Part shown: piece by piece, positions 31,487-41,607 of the stretch
Layout of the letters: every line of letters begins with the position of its first letter
Numbering within the stretch: position 1 is the first letter of the stretch
From: Vulcanimicrobiota bacterium
GTDB taxonomy: Bacteria > Vulcanimicrobiota > Xenobia > Xenobiales > JADMJV01
NCBI GenBank assembly: GCA_050250895.1
Contig: JBFWNU010000004.1
Coordinates: 526,934 to 590,933, forward strand
Direction: 5' to 3'
DNA length: 64,000 bases
Notes under the pieces: generated by a model
What the model was told of the DNA's origin: nothing
Database searches by the model: none
Seen by the model: the letters and a program-made list of their open reading frames with translations, nothing else
Position numbers and translations under genes: made by a program

Positions 31487-33883
31487 CTAATCGATGGACA
31501 GCAAAGCTCGCTGGTGGGCCTCGAGGATGGCGATGGAGGGCTCCATGCCCAGTTCGTTGGCCAGGCGCTTCTTGCAGATCTCGTACTGGCGCACGGCCTG
31601 CTCGGGGCGGCCCAGGCCAAGATAGGCGTGCATGCAGGCCAGGTGGGCCTCTTGACAGCAGGGGTCGAGTTCGAGCACCTGATGGCTGTATTCGAGGGCC
31701 TCTTGATGATGGCCCAGCTGCAGGGTGCCCTGGGCCAGCTTGCGCAGAGCCTCGGTCACCTGGCGTTCGACCTGGTTGCGAATGTTGACGGCCCACTCCA
31801 TGTAGCAGCCCTCGAGATAGGGGCCGCGGTAGAGGCGGGCGATCTGGCGTCCGGCGTCGAGCATCTTGGGCACGTCGCCCGCCTTCTCGTGGGCGAGACT
31901 GGCTTCGAGCTGGCGATTGAGCTCATCGAGGTCGTGCCAGCGAGGCAGGTCGGGATTGAGGCCCATGCCGCTGGTGCTGCGGGCCATCGGGTCCATCTTG
32001 CTCTCGTCGGGGCGCAGGTGGCGGCGCAGATGCGAGATGGCGGCCGACAGGTTCTTACGGCCTTTGATGGCGTCTTTGGGCCAGAAGGCGTCGATCATCA
32101 GGTCTTCGGGCACGGCCCGGTCGCCCTGGGCGGCCAGGAAGGCCAGCAAGAAAGACAGTTGCTTGCCGCGCCACTTGCCGTCGAGGCGTTCTTCGCCGTA
32201 ATAGACCTCGAAGCCACCCATGCTGTAGATGCGCAACAGCGGCGCGCTGCCAGTGCCGGTGCGCTGGGCCAGGGCCTCGTTGGCGGCCTGCCGGACAGCC
32301 GAGTCGGGGTCAGAGGTGAGCTGGCGCAGGCTGTCTTCGGCCATGTGACCACCAGCCCCGGCCAGAGCGCCCACGGCCGCTTTGCGGGCGGCGGCCGAGA
32401 GTTCGCCCCGCAGGCTGCTCTGGAACTTGGTGGCACAATCGCGGGCCAACCGGGTCAGGGCGCGCTCGACCAGCGGGGTCGGGCTGTTGCCGTGCAATTC
32501 GAGCAGGTGCGGGATCAGCCAGTCACCATTCTCGGCCATGTCGGTGAGATTTTCGGGTTGGAGCAACACATTGAGGGCCGCTTCGAGCTTGCTGGGGTCG
32601 CCGGCTCCGAAGCGATGCAGAGCCAGCATGGTCAGGGCTTTGCCCGAGGGGATGCGCAGCTCGCCCAGCAGGCGGTCGGCCTGCTCGAGCAAAGTCACGC
32701 CCTTGGCCTGCCCTACCCGGGCCAGCAAGAGGCCACCGCGCAGACCGGTCCAGCCGGCCGTGACCGGACCCATCAGCCGAGCCGCATCCAGGGCGCGATC
32801 GACCGAATCGGCCAGACTCTGGGGCTCGCCGGCCAGGCGTGAAAGTCGGGCCATACCCAGGTGGGCCTCGACCGCCTCGCGGGAGGCTCCGGGTTCTTCG
32901 ATGACGCGAGCGAAGGCCTGGCGGGCCCCGTCAAGCTGCAGAGCTTCTTCCAGGGCGCGGCCCAGCGAGAGCAACCCGCGCCGGCGCCGGCCGGACTCTG
33001 ACTCGGCGTCTTCTAAGGCTTTGACCTGGGCGGCGTCGACGTTCTGGCTGGCCGCTTCGACCCGGGCCCAGACATCAGGATCGAATTCACCCGGCTCTTC
33101 GATGCGATTCTCGAGCAGAGCCAGGGCCGCGGCCACGATGCGCGAGCCCACCGGAATGGCCTTCTCGGCCAGGCCATCGGGCTGGCCGTGGCCGTCCCAA
33201 CGCTCGCTCGAGTGGCGAACGATGCGGTCGATCTCGGGGCCCAAAGCCTGGCGGGGCCAGTCGTTGCCCAGAGTGCCGTAGCGCTCGATGCCGGTGGCCA
33301 GGCAGGCGGCGCGAATCTGATGGGCCGTCTCGTGGGGCAACGCCATGCCGCTGGCGGTCAGGGCGCACAGGTCGGCGGCCTCGGTCAGAGTGACGCCGGC
33401 CCCTTCGGGAAGCTCGAGTTGGATGCTGCCGTCGGCTACGGCGGCCAGGGTCTCGATAGCCCAGCGAGCCACCCGTTCGGCCGTCTGCTCGGTGGCTGAA
33501 ATCAGTTGAGCCTGGCGGCGCTTTTCGAGCAAAGCCTCGATGGCGTTGAGAAAATCGGACAGATCGAAGGGCTTCTTGAGATACTCGCCCACCCCCAGCC
33601 GAATGGCCCGAATCGAGTCGGCCTCGGTGGAATAGCCGGTCACCACCAGACTGCCGATATCGGGCTGATGCTGCTTCATCTGGGCCAGGGCGTCGAGACC
33701 GCTCATGCCCTCCATCCGGATGTCGGTGACCACCAGATCAAAGGGGGTTTCCATGGCCCGGCGCACGGCTTCTTCGCCGCGCCCGACCGCCTCGACGTGG
33801 TAGCCCTGTTCGGACACCAGCTCGGCCAGCATCTCGCGCAGCGAGACATCGTCTTCCAAAATCAGGATCCGGATCTGTTCCAC
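31487..33883 (-). CDS. Multidomain regulator REC-degenerate HD-GYP-TPR-HEAT-wHTH-BTAD
   Basis: VTDIRMEGMSG; ERWDGHGQPDGL; DPDSAVRQAA; LYRGPYL and ELGMEPS. Confidence 0.82.
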   Translation of the reverse strand: MEQIRILILEDDVSLREMLAELVSEQGYHVEAVGRGEEAVRRAMETPFDLVVTDIRMEGMSGLDALAQMKQHQPDIGSLVVTGYSTEADSIRAIRLGVGEYLKKPFDLSDFLNAIEALLEKRRQAQLISATEQTAERVARWAIETLAAVADGSIQLELPEGAGVTLTEAADLCALTASGMALPHETAHQIRAACLATGIERYGTLGNDWPRQALGPEIDRIVRHSSERWDGHGQPDGLAEKAIPVGSRIVAAALALLENRIEEPGEFDPDVWARVEAASQNVDAAQVKALEDAESESGRRRRGLLSLGRALEEALQLDGARQAFARVIEEPGASREAVEAHLGMARLSRLAGEPQSLADSVDRALDAARLMGPVTAGWTGLRGGLLLARVGQAKGVTLLEQADRLLGELRIPSGKALTMLALHRFGAGDPSKLEAALNVLLQPENLTDMAENGDWLIPHLLELHGNSPTPLVERALTRLARDCATKFQSSLRGELSAAARKAAVGALAGAGGHMAEDSLRQLTSDPDSAVRQAANEALAQRTGTGSAPLLRIYSMGGFEVYYGEERLDGKWRGKQLSFLLAFLAAQGDRAVPEDLMIDAFWPKDAIKGRKNLSAAISHLRRHLRPDESKMDPMARSTSGMGLNPDLPRWHDLDELNRQLEASLAHEKAGDVPKMLDAGRQIARLYRGPYLEGCYMEWAVNIRNQVERQVTEALRKLAQGTLQLGHHQEALEYSHQVLELDPCCQEAHLACMHAYLGLGRPEQAVRQYEICKKRLANELGMEPSIAILEAHQRALLSID

Positions 33884-34035
33884 GGCGCTAGCATTTGACG
33901 GGGGTAGGGCTCCTCCCTGTGAAGCCGTTCACAATGTGGTCGAGCCCACCGAACAGCCTTGACGGATGTCGTAAAATGAAATTGTTCGAAGGTCGCAGCG
34001 CGACAATCGGACGCGGGCAAAACAAGCGTGGTTTA

Positions 34036-34066
34036 GAAGAGGGCACCGTCCCTCTTCCTTTTTTTT
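34036..34066 (+). terminator. Rho-independent terminator with no upstream + strand CDS
   Basis: GAAGAGGG-N6-CCCTCTTC hairpin followed by C and a run of 8 T. Confidence 0.75.
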
Positions 34067-34861
34067 GTGCACGAATATCTCGACAAATGGCGGCTGACCA
34101 ATCCCCGGCCACTGGCAAAGACTGCGACCAGTCACCTCTTTCGGGTCGACTATCGGGGCGAGCCGGCCGTGTTGAAGTTGCTCACTCCCCTGGGGGTCAA
34201 AGACGAGAGCCTGGGAGCCCGCAGCCTGGCCGTCTGGAACGGGGACGGATCGGTGCGGCTACTGGCGGCCGACGAGAAGGCGCACCTGCTGGAGTGGGTC
34301 GAGGGCGAACCGCTCAGCAGCCTGGTCGCGGCTGGGCAGGATGAGAAGGCCACCGAGATCCTGGGTGAGGTGGTGGCCAGGCTCCACGCCTATCAGGGCC
34401 AGCTGCCATCTGGCCTGACGCCTCTCGAGGAGTATTTTCGCAGTCTCTTTCGGCAAGCCGACCGTGACCCCGATCTGGTCGCCGGAGCGGCCGTCGCCGA
34501 AGAGTTGCTAGCTAGCGGCGGGCGGGTTTACCTGCTTCACGGTGATCTCCACCACGACAACATCCTGCACCATCCTGGGCGAGGCTGGCTGGCCATCGAC
34601 CCCAAAGGGGTGGTGGGAGAACCGACCTTTGATCTAGCCTGCGCCCTGCTCAATCCTGTCTGGTTGCCAGACCTGGTCGAGGACCCGCGCCGACTGCGGG
34701 CGATGGCCGAAAGTCTTGGGCGACGCCTGGGTCTGGCCAGCGAGCGCATCCGCAAATTCGCCTTCGTTTACGCTTGCCTGTCGGTGTGTTGGAGCTGGGA
34801 AGACGGCGACGACCCCGAACCTCGCCTGAGGATGGTGAGACGACTGAGCGAGCGAGCTTAG
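34067..34861 (+). CDS. APH(6)-like aminoglycoside/hydroxyurea phosphotransferase family protein
   Basis: AVLKL, LHGDLHHDNIL, WLAIDPKG..GEP..D. Confidence 0.85.
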   Translation: MHEYLDKWRLTNPRPLAKTATSHLFRVDYRGEPAVLKLLTPLGVKDESLGARSLAVWNGDGSVRLLAADEKAHLLEWVEGEPLSSLVAAGQDEKATEILGEVVARLHAYQGQLPSGLTPLEEYFRSLFRQADRDPDLVAGAAVAEELLASGGRVYLLHGDLHHDNILHHPGRGWLAIDPKGVVGEPTFDLACALLNPVWLPDLVEDPRRLRAMAESLGRRLGLASERIRKFAFVYACLSVCWSWEDGDDPEPRLRMVRRLSERA

Positions 34862-34865
34862 CCGC

Positions 34866-35444
34866 TCAGTCGGGGTTTTCGAGCAACTCGCGCAATCGCT
34901 CAGCCAAGCTCGGAATGAACTTCTCGCACCAGGTCATATCGATCAGTCCGACCTCGGCCAAATCGAGAAGGTGAACCTGATCTTTGCGACCGTAGGAGGT
35001 CAACTTCATGCGAACCAGCGCCTCGAGAGCCACCACGCAAAAATCACCATCCGATTTGACTTCATCCAACTCGGGAGTAGCCGTCGAGTAGTCAGGCTTC
35101 ACCTTTTCTCCGGCAAAAATGACAGGGACAGCCTCTCGGGCCCTGGCCTCAGGGCCATCCAAAAACATATCTAGACTGGCAGCGTGGCGATAGATAAAGC
35201 CGGCCGCCGCCATCACCGTCTTGGCTCGGTCGAGGTCGGCACGCCGAAGGAGAATGTCGACATCCTGAGTGTTTCGTACGGCGCTCTCATCGATGCGGGC
35301 AACCCAAGCCGCCACAGCGTTTCCCCCGGCAACCGCGTAGTCGATGCCGGCCTCTTCTAAAGCCGTGACGGCTCGAACCAGTCGCTGTTTGACCTTCTCC
35401 ACGGCTCTTGCCATCCTATCGAGCGAAATCGGGTGTAGTGTCAT
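34866..35444 (-). CDS. Nucleotidyltransferase family protein
   Basis: AVAGGNAV, RNTQDVDILL, MKL..GRKD..L. Confidence 0.75.
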   Translation of the reverse strand: MTLHPISLDRMARAVEKVKQRLVRAVTALEEAGIDYAVAGGNAVAAWVARIDESAVRNTQDVDILLRRADLDRAKTVMAAAGFIYRHAASLDMFLDGPEARAREAVPVIFAGEKVKPDYSTATPELDEVKSDGDFCVVALEALVRMKLTSYGRKDQVHLLDLAEVGLIDMTWCEKFIPSLAERLRELLENPD

Positions 35445-35541
35445 CCGCCCGCATTATAGTTCCCAAGAGTGGGGACTCACAAGGCCCCGGGCAATTCACC
35501 CGACGCGAATGTTCCCGCCAACTATCCGAACGACAACGGGC

Positions 35542-37500
35542 TCAGGGGCCTTTCCGAGCACCCTTAAAGCCAAATAAGCGACCGGCCCGTTGGATAAGCG
35601 ACCCGCGAGGCTGTGCCAGGACCGCTCCGGCCTGGGGGTGTCCCAGAGCTCGAGCCTGCTCAAAGCTACGGCGGGCTTGCTCGGCGCGCTCCTGCTGGCT
35701 CAGTGCCTGGCCCAGGTTGAACCAGGCGGCCGCGTCCTCGGGGTCGAGGCGAGTGGCCTCTTCGAGGCTGGCAACGGCCTCGGCGAAGCGTCCTAGACAC
35801 AAGAGACTGGACCCCCGAACATAGTGGGCCAGGGCCGCCTGCGGGTCGAGTTCGAGGGCCCGGTCGAGCAACTGCAGGGCCTTCTCGTAGTCCTGGGCCA
35901 TCACCAGCATACGACCGGCGTTGAGCCAGGCCAACGCGAGCATCGGTTCGGCCTGCATGGCCCGGTCAAAACAGGGCGTGGCTCGGCTGGCCTCGCCCTG
36001 GGCTAGCAGAGCCTCGCCCAGATAGTTCCAGCCCGAGCCTGAAGTGGGGTCGAGAGTGACGCAGGTCTCGAAGGCCTCGGCTGCCGAGGCAAACTGTTGC
36101 ACCTGATAGAGCAGCATGCCACGAGAGAGAAACAGGCGGGCGTCGCGAGGCGCCAGCTGGACGGCTCGATTCGAGGCCGCCAGGGCCTCGTCGAGACGGC
36201 CTTGACCGGCCAGATACAGACAGAGATTCTGCCAGGCCAGCAGGTAGCGCGGATTGGCCTCGATGGCCTGACGAAGCAGTTGCTCGGCCGACGGGTCACC
36301 CAGCCGGGCGGTGGCCATGCCCATCAGATTGAGCAGGCGGGCGTCCGGTCGCAGGCCCCCGACCCTGCGATAGCACTCGAGGGCCTGGCGGGGATGGCCG
36401 GTCTTGTCCAGGAGATACCCCTTATTGATCCAGGCCTCAGATAAGTCGGGCGCTTGGGCGAGAGCCTTGTCGAGCAAACGGGACGCCTCGGGTACCAGAC
36501 CCATGTTGAGCAAGCAGGCTGCCTTGTTGGACAGGTCCACGGCCTCGGGCTCCATCGCCTCCGAGGGGGGTGGCGGGGTCATCTGCAAGGCTTGCATGGC
36601 GGCAACCAGGCGAGCCCGAACCTGACCAAAATCGGCCGGTCTCGCTTCGGGAGCTTTGGCCAGACAGGCCTGCACGAGTTCGTCGAGACCGGACCCAAAC
36701 TCGGGATTCAGGTGGGGAGCCGGGGTGCGAAAGTGATGAAAGGCGAATTCTTGCAGGTCGGTTCCCGGGAAGGGCAGGCGCCCGGTCAGCATCTCGTGGA
36801 GCATCACCCCGAAGGAATAGATGTCGGCTCGCACGTCGACCTGAGCGGCATCGACGAACTGTTCCGGGGCCATGTGGGTGTAGGTTCCCATCGCCTGGCC
36901 GGCCCCGGTGGCGTGGGGATTGCCCTGGGGGGGCGGAGCATCGACCCCGCGCGCCACCTCGACCAGCCAGGCCGCCATGGCCTGATCCTGGCGATGAGCG
37001 GCCAGCCCGGCTTCATCGAGCACTTTGGCCAGGCCGAAGTCGGTGATCTTCAGGCGCCCGTCCGAGGTCATCATGCAGTTGGCCGGCTTGATGTCGCGGT
37101 GGACCTTCAAGCCTCGGGAGGCGGCGTGCACCATCCCGTCGCAAAAGTCGAGCGCTAGCCTCAGAGCCAACTCGGTGGTCAGCCTGGGAGTGCCTATCCA
37201 GTGCAACAGATCACCCCCGTCGACAAACTCGAGGAAGAGAAATGGCCGGCCATTGACCAGCTCGAAGCGCTCGGCCGTCACGATATTCGGATGGCGCTCG
37301 AGACCGATCCAGGTGTGGGCCTCGCGACGAAAGGCGTCAAGAGCGTGTGAGCCGGGCAAAAGCTCGGCCAGGAAGGTCTTGGCGGCCAGGGGCACTCGGT
37401 CTTCGTGATCAAAGACCAGATACACGACCCCCAGCCCCCCGGCCAGAGCCCGAAAGACCTCGAAGCGGCCTGCCAGCAGGTCCCCCCTCTGAAGCGTCAT
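35542..37500 (-). CDS. Hanks-type Ser/Thr kinase with TPR repeats
   Basis: GGLGVVY, AAK, HRDIKPAN, DFG, APE and a C-terminal TPR array. Confidence 0.92.
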   Translation of the reverse strand: MTLQRGDLLAGRFEVFRALAGGLGVVYLVFDHEDRVPLAAKTFLAELLPGSHALDAFRREAHTWIGLERHPNIVTAERFELVNGRPFLFLEFVDGGDLLHWIGTPRLTTELALRLALDFCDGMVHAASRGLKVHRDIKPANCMMTSDGRLKITDFGLAKVLDEAGLAAHRQDQAMAAWLVEVARGVDAPPPQGNPHATGAGQAMGTYTHMAPEQFVDAAQVDVRADIYSFGVMLHEMLTGRLPFPGTDLQEFAFHHFRTPAPHLNPEFGSGLDELVQACLAKAPEARPADFGQVRARLVAAMQALQMTPPPPSEAMEPEAVDLSNKAACLLNMGLVPEASRLLDKALAQAPDLSEAWINKGYLLDKTGHPRQALECYRRVGGLRPDARLLNLMGMATARLGDPSAEQLLRQAIEANPRYLLAWQNLCLYLAGQGRLDEALAASNRAVQLAPRDARLFLSRGMLLYQVQQFASAAEAFETCVTLDPTSGSGWNYLGEALLAQGEASRATPCFDRAMQAEPMLALAWLNAGRMLVMAQDYEKALQLLDRALELDPQAALAHYVRGSSLLCLGRFAEAVASLEEATRLDPEDAAAWFNLGQALSQQERAEQARRSFEQARALGHPQAGAVLAQPRGSLIQRAGRLFGFKGARKGP

Positions 37501-37592
37501 CGACTGATTTTCGGTCCCTCGCCGAGCTTCGCCTTTTCTGAATTCCTTAAGGGTTCTGGCCTACTCTGCCAGCAGACACAAGAGGAACCGAA

Positions 37593-39815
37593 ATGAACAC
37601 CATCTCCCCCCTTCAAATCGGTTTCAACCATCGCCTCACCTCACTCACTCACACCGCCGCCGCCGGCCCGGTCGACCGCTTCCAAGCGAGCGCCGAGCCT
37701 GACTTTCTGCATCCCCGCAGCGTGGCCGTGGTGGGCGGAACCACCAAAGAGGGCAAGCCTGGCAACACCATTCTTACCAATCTGCTGAAGTCGTTCCAGG
37801 GCGAGACCCACATCGTCAATACCCGGGCCGCCGGCCAGCAAATGCTGGGCAAGCCGGTCTACGGCTCGGTCAAAGATATTCCCGATCAGGTCGACCTGGC
37901 CGTCATTACCGTGCCCGGTCAATATGTCCAGGGCGTCATCGAGGATTGCGCCGCCAAGGGCGTCAAGAACGCCATCGTCATCAGCGCCGGCTTTAGCGAG
38001 ACCCACGACATGGAAGCCCGAGCCGCGGCTCTCAAGAAAACGGCCGCAGACAACGGCATCCGGGTGATGGGTCCCAACTGTCTGGGTTTGATCAACACCG
38101 CCGTAGGCCTCAATGTGAGCTTTGCCTCGACCCCCGCCAACCCCGGCTCGATCGCCATGCTGAGCCAGTCGGGCGGGGTGATGATCTCGATGCTGGGCGC
38201 GGGACAGCAAAAGAATTTCGGCTTTAGCACCCTGGCCAGCCTGGGCAACAAGATGGACCTGCAAGAGTCCGACTTTCTCAAGCTGCTCGAGAGCGACGAC
38301 AACACCCGGGTGGTTTCGATCTACACCGAGGGCATCAAGGACGGCCGCCGCTTTCTCGAGACGGCTGCCCAGACTTCCAAGCGCATGCCTGTGCTGGTGC
38401 TCAAGGGCGGTCGCTCGGCCTCGGGAGCCCAGGCGGCAAGCTCACACACCGGCAGCCTGGCCGGTCAATCGGTGGTCTTTGATGCGGCCATGCGCAAAGC
38501 CGGGGTCATCCAGGTGCACGACGAAGAGCACATGGCCGATCTGGCCATGGCTTTCGCCGAGCAGCCGCTGCCAGCCGGACGCCGCCTGACCATCGTGACC
38601 AACGGCGGAGGCCCCGGCATCATCGCCACCGACAACGCCACCGAGAAGAACGGCCTGGAACTGTCCAAGCTCGACCCCTCCACCGGCGAACGGCTGCTGG
38701 CCAGCCTGCCCGACGAGGGCATCTCGGTCAAGAACCCCATCGACATCCGGGGCGACGCCGGAGCCGACCTTTACAAAGCCGCCCTGGAAGCAGCCCTGCA
38801 AGACCCCAACACCGACATGGCCATGGTCATCCTGGTGGCTGCCAGCGGCACCGCCGACGGTCCCGAGCAGGTGGCCAAAGCTATCGCCGACCTCTCGCAA
38901 AAGTATGACAAGCCGGTGGTGGCAAGCTTTATGGGTGGTCAGGTCACCGAACCGGCTCAGGCAGTGCTGCGGGCCAACCGCATCCCCGTCTATCCCACCC
39001 CCAGCCGCGGCACCCGGGCTCTGGGAGCCATGGCCGACTACGCCGAGACCAGGGCCAGCCACCAGGCCGAAGAAACCAGCTCGCTGCCTGCCCCCGACAA
39101 AGCGCGGGCCAAAGCCATTCTCGACGAGGCTCAAGCTCAGGGGCGCAAGATGCTGTCGGCTCAAGACTGTATCGATCTCTTCGAGGCTTATCAGATCCCC
39201 GTGGTCAAGTCACGCCTTTCGCAGGATGCCGACGCTTCGGTCAAAGCGGCGGACGAAATCGGCTATCCGGTGGTGATGAAGCTGGCCTCGCAAGACATCG
39301 TGCACAAGAAAGATGTGGGCGGAGTCATCCTCAATCTCAACAACGCCGACGAGGTGCGCCAGGCCCACGCCAAACTGCTGGAGAATCTCAAGACCCACCG
39401 CCCCGACGCCAAACTCGACGGCATTCAGGTGATGGAGCAGGCCAGCTTTGAAGGCGCCCGCGAGATTATCGCCGGGCTGGTCCACGACCCGACCTTTGGG
39501 GCCACCCTGATGACCGGTCTCGGCGGCACCTATGTCGAGGTGTTCAAAGACGTCAAGTTCGGAGTGGCTCCGGTCAGTCCCGGCGCAGCCGGCGAGATGC
39601 TCTCTTCGTTGCAGGCCTACAAGTTGCTCGAGGGAACCCGCGGCGAAGCCCCCTCGGACATCTCCGCTTTGACCCAGGTGCTGGCCAGAGTGTCTGAACT
39701 GGGTCACGACTTCCCTCAAATCAAAGAACTCGACATCAACCCCTTCCTGGTCTACCAGAAGGGCGTGCGAGCCGTGGATGGGCGGGTCACGCTGGCCTCG
39801 CCGGAAAGGGTTTAG
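37593..39815 (+). CDS. ADP-forming acetate/acyl-CoA ligase (alpha-beta fusion) with extra N-terminal leader
   Basis: PRSVAVVG, GPNCLG, SQSGG, SHTGSLAG (phospho-His), HKKDVGGV, DINP. Confidence 0.9.
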   Translation: MNTISPLQIGFNHRLTSLTHTAAAGPVDRFQASAEPDFLHPRSVAVVGGTTKEGKPGNTILTNLLKSFQGETHIVNTRAAGQQMLGKPVYGSVKDIPDQVDLAVITVPGQYVQGVIEDCAAKGVKNAIVISAGFSETHDMEARAAALKKTAADNGIRVMGPNCLGLINTAVGLNVSFASTPANPGSIAMLSQSGGVMISMLGAGQQKNFGFSTLASLGNKMDLQESDFLKLLESDDNTRVVSIYTEGIKDGRRFLETAAQTSKRMPVLVLKGGRSASGAQAASSHTGSLAGQSVVFDAAMRKAGVIQVHDEEHMADLAMAFAEQPLPAGRRLTIVTNGGGPGIIATDNATEKNGLELSKLDPSTGERLLASLPDEGISVKNPIDIRGDAGADLYKAALEAALQDPNTDMAMVILVAASGTADGPEQVAKAIADLSQKYDKPVVASFMGGQVTEPAQAVLRANRIPVYPTPSRGTRALGAMADYAETRASHQAEETSSLPAPDKARAKAILDEAQAQGRKMLSAQDCIDLFEAYQIPVVKSRLSQDADASVKAADEIGYPVVMKLASQDIVHKKDVGGVILNLNNADEVRQAHAKLLENLKTHRPDAKLDGIQVMEQASFEGAREIIAGLVHDPTFGATLMTGLGGTYVEVFKDVKFGVAPVSPGAAGEMLSSLQAYKLLEGTRGEAPSDISALTQVLARVSELGHDFPQIKELDINPFLVYQKGVRAVDGRVTLASPERV

Positions 39816-39824
39816 AAGCCTTTC

Positions 39825-41057
39825 ATGGAAGCACTCCGCATGCAGATCAACCCGGGGGGTTTGCCGGCCAGACGCGTGGTCTCTTCCATTCGCGAACAGC
39901 AGGACGCCGCCCACGCGGTGAGCCTCGACATTCTCGACCGCACCCCGGGTGACACCGTGGCTCTGGTCTCGCGCGAGTTACAAGCCCAGCGCTCCAACGC
40001 CCAGTACCAGGTTTGCATCGACAAGCTGCGAGCCACAGGACTGGCCGCTCTGGGCACGGCCACCACCGTGGCCCTGACCCAGGTGTCGGCTCCGGCCGCG
40101 CTGGTGGCGGGCGTGGTCAGCCTGATGGCTGTCGCTCATCAGGCTCAAAAGGCCATCACCGGCCAACATCAGGTGAGCGACCTGACCGACGCCAACGACC
40201 TGCTCTGGTCCCGCGCCGATGCGCAGATGGGTATCTCGAGCGTCGCCCAGAACGGCTGCACCCTCGACCCCTTTGTCGACAACTACGGCCCCTGGGCGGT
40301 GGTGACCGGCGCCTCGGCCGGTATTGGCAAGAGCTTCTGCGACCAGCTGGCGGCCAAAGGGATGAACCTGGTGATGGTGGCTCGCAACGCCGACAAGCTA
40401 AACATCGCGGCCGAAGAGATCCGAGCCGAGCACGGCGTCCAGGTGCGAGCGATTTCGGCCGACCTGGGCCAGGATGACTTCATGATGCCGATTCGTGAGG
40501 CCACCGGCGACATCCGGGTGGGCCTGCTCGTAAACAATGCGGGCATCCTCATTCCCGGCCCGGTCACCGAGGCCAGCTATGAATCTCAGCGCAAGATGAT
40601 GGACGTCAATCTGGGCGCTCCCCTGCAGCTTTGCCACGAGTTCGGCAGCAAGATGGCCGAGCGAGGACGCGGCGGCATCATCAACGTCTCGTCGATGGCC
40701 GCCTATCACGGGGTGGCCAACCAGACCACCTATTCGGCCACCAAGGCCGCCCTACTCAACCTTTCCGAGGGGATGACCAGCGAACTGCGCTCGCGGGGGG
40801 TCGATGTGATCGCCAGCACTCCCGGGCCCGTGGCCACCGACGCGGCCGTCGGCACCGACTTCAGCAAGATTCCCATCCCGGTCGTCGAGCCCGAACAGGT
40901 GGCCGCCGACGCCATCGACAAACTCGGTCAGAAGTCGGTCACCACGCCCGGCTTTCTAGCCAGTCTCTCGAAGACGGTCTCGGCGGCGCTGCTGCCGCGC
41001 GACGTCAACTCGGCCCTGGCCGGCTACTTCTATTCCAAAGCCTCCGGGCACGAGTAG
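39825..41057 (+). CDS. SDR oxidoreductase with N-terminal hydrophobic extension
   Basis: YGPWAVVTGASAGIG, NNAG, YSATK; ~150-aa extension. Alternative start at 39840. Confidence 0.88.
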   Translation: MEALRMQINPGGLPARRVVSSIREQQDAAHAVSLDILDRTPGDTVALVSRELQAQRSNAQYQVCIDKLRATGLAALGTATTVALTQVSAPAALVAGVVSLMAVAHQAQKAITGQHQVSDLTDANDLLWSRADAQMGISSVAQNGCTLDPFVDNYGPWAVVTGASAGIGKSFCDQLAAKGMNLVMVARNADKLNIAAEEIRAEHGVQVRAISADLGQDDFMMPIREATGDIRVGLLVNNAGILIPGPVTEASYESQRKMMDVNLGAPLQLCHEFGSKMAERGRGGIINVSSMAAYHGVANQTTYSATKAALLNLSEGMTSELRSRGVDVIASTPGPVATDAAVGTDFSKIPIPVVEPEQVAADAIDKLGQKSVTTPGFLASLSKTVSAALLPRDVNSALAGYFYSKASGHE

Positions 41058-41088
41058 GGATCTGGCCCCGGCTCACAAATCCTCCGGG

Positions 41089-41607
41089 ATGAAAAACACC
41101 ATTCTCAAGGCGATGAGCCTCTCCATTCTCCTCACTTCGCCGCTGGCCCTTGGTCTGCCGGCGTGGGCCGAGCCACCGGCCCCCAGGGCCGAAGTCAGAG
41201 CTGCCCTGGCCGACGACTTCTTCCAGGTGGCCCAACACAGCCAGCAAGACGAGTTCAACGCCTTCTTCCAGAGCCAGTATGACTACTGGGACGCCAAGAT
41301 CCTGGCCAAGTTCTGGGGACAGGACCTGGCCGAAACCAAGGCCCGGATGGGTCGCAAAATCCTGTGGGGGGGCGAGAACAAAGCGATGCTCGGCATGTTT
41401 CTGGCCGACGCCCGCGTCAAAGCCCTGGGCTCGGTCGAGAACCTCGAGCTCTATTCCGAATCGGGCTATAGTTACACCGACGCCGAGGCCCTGGCCAAGT
41501 ATTGGGGAGACGCCGACGCCTGGCAGGGCAAGCTGCGCATCGAGCGCAACCTGATTCTGGGCAACGACGATTGGCTCGCGACGATGATGGAAGCGGTCCG
41601 CCGCTAG
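41089..41607 (+). CDS. Secreted protein with a two-fold internal repeat
   Basis: Sec signal (AWA). YDYWDAKILAKFWG and YSYTDAEALAKYWG. Confidence 0.75.
   Translation: MKNTILKAMSLSILLTSPLALGLPAWAEPPAPRAEVRAALADDFFQVAQHSQQDEFNAFFQSQYDYWDAKILAKFWGQDLAETKARMGRKILWGGENKAMLGMFLADARVKALGSVENLELYSESGYSYTDAEALAKYWGDADAWQGKLRIERNLILGNDDWLATMMEAVRR

Noticed and set aside
33890-34066. 6S RNA, SRP RNA or a known riboswitch
   Set aside because: No end-to-end pairing or diagnostic motifs seen; kept only as an unknown sRNA/attenuator candidate.
34067-35444. Mobile aminoglycoside resistance cassette (APH plus nucleotidyltransferase)
   Set aside because: The genes are convergent with no integron or IS features, and family membership does not establish drug specificity.
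37545-37580. Sigma28 promoter upstream of leader-bearing genes
   Set aside because: Poor match to TAAA-N15-GCCGATAA and not repeated at the other genes.
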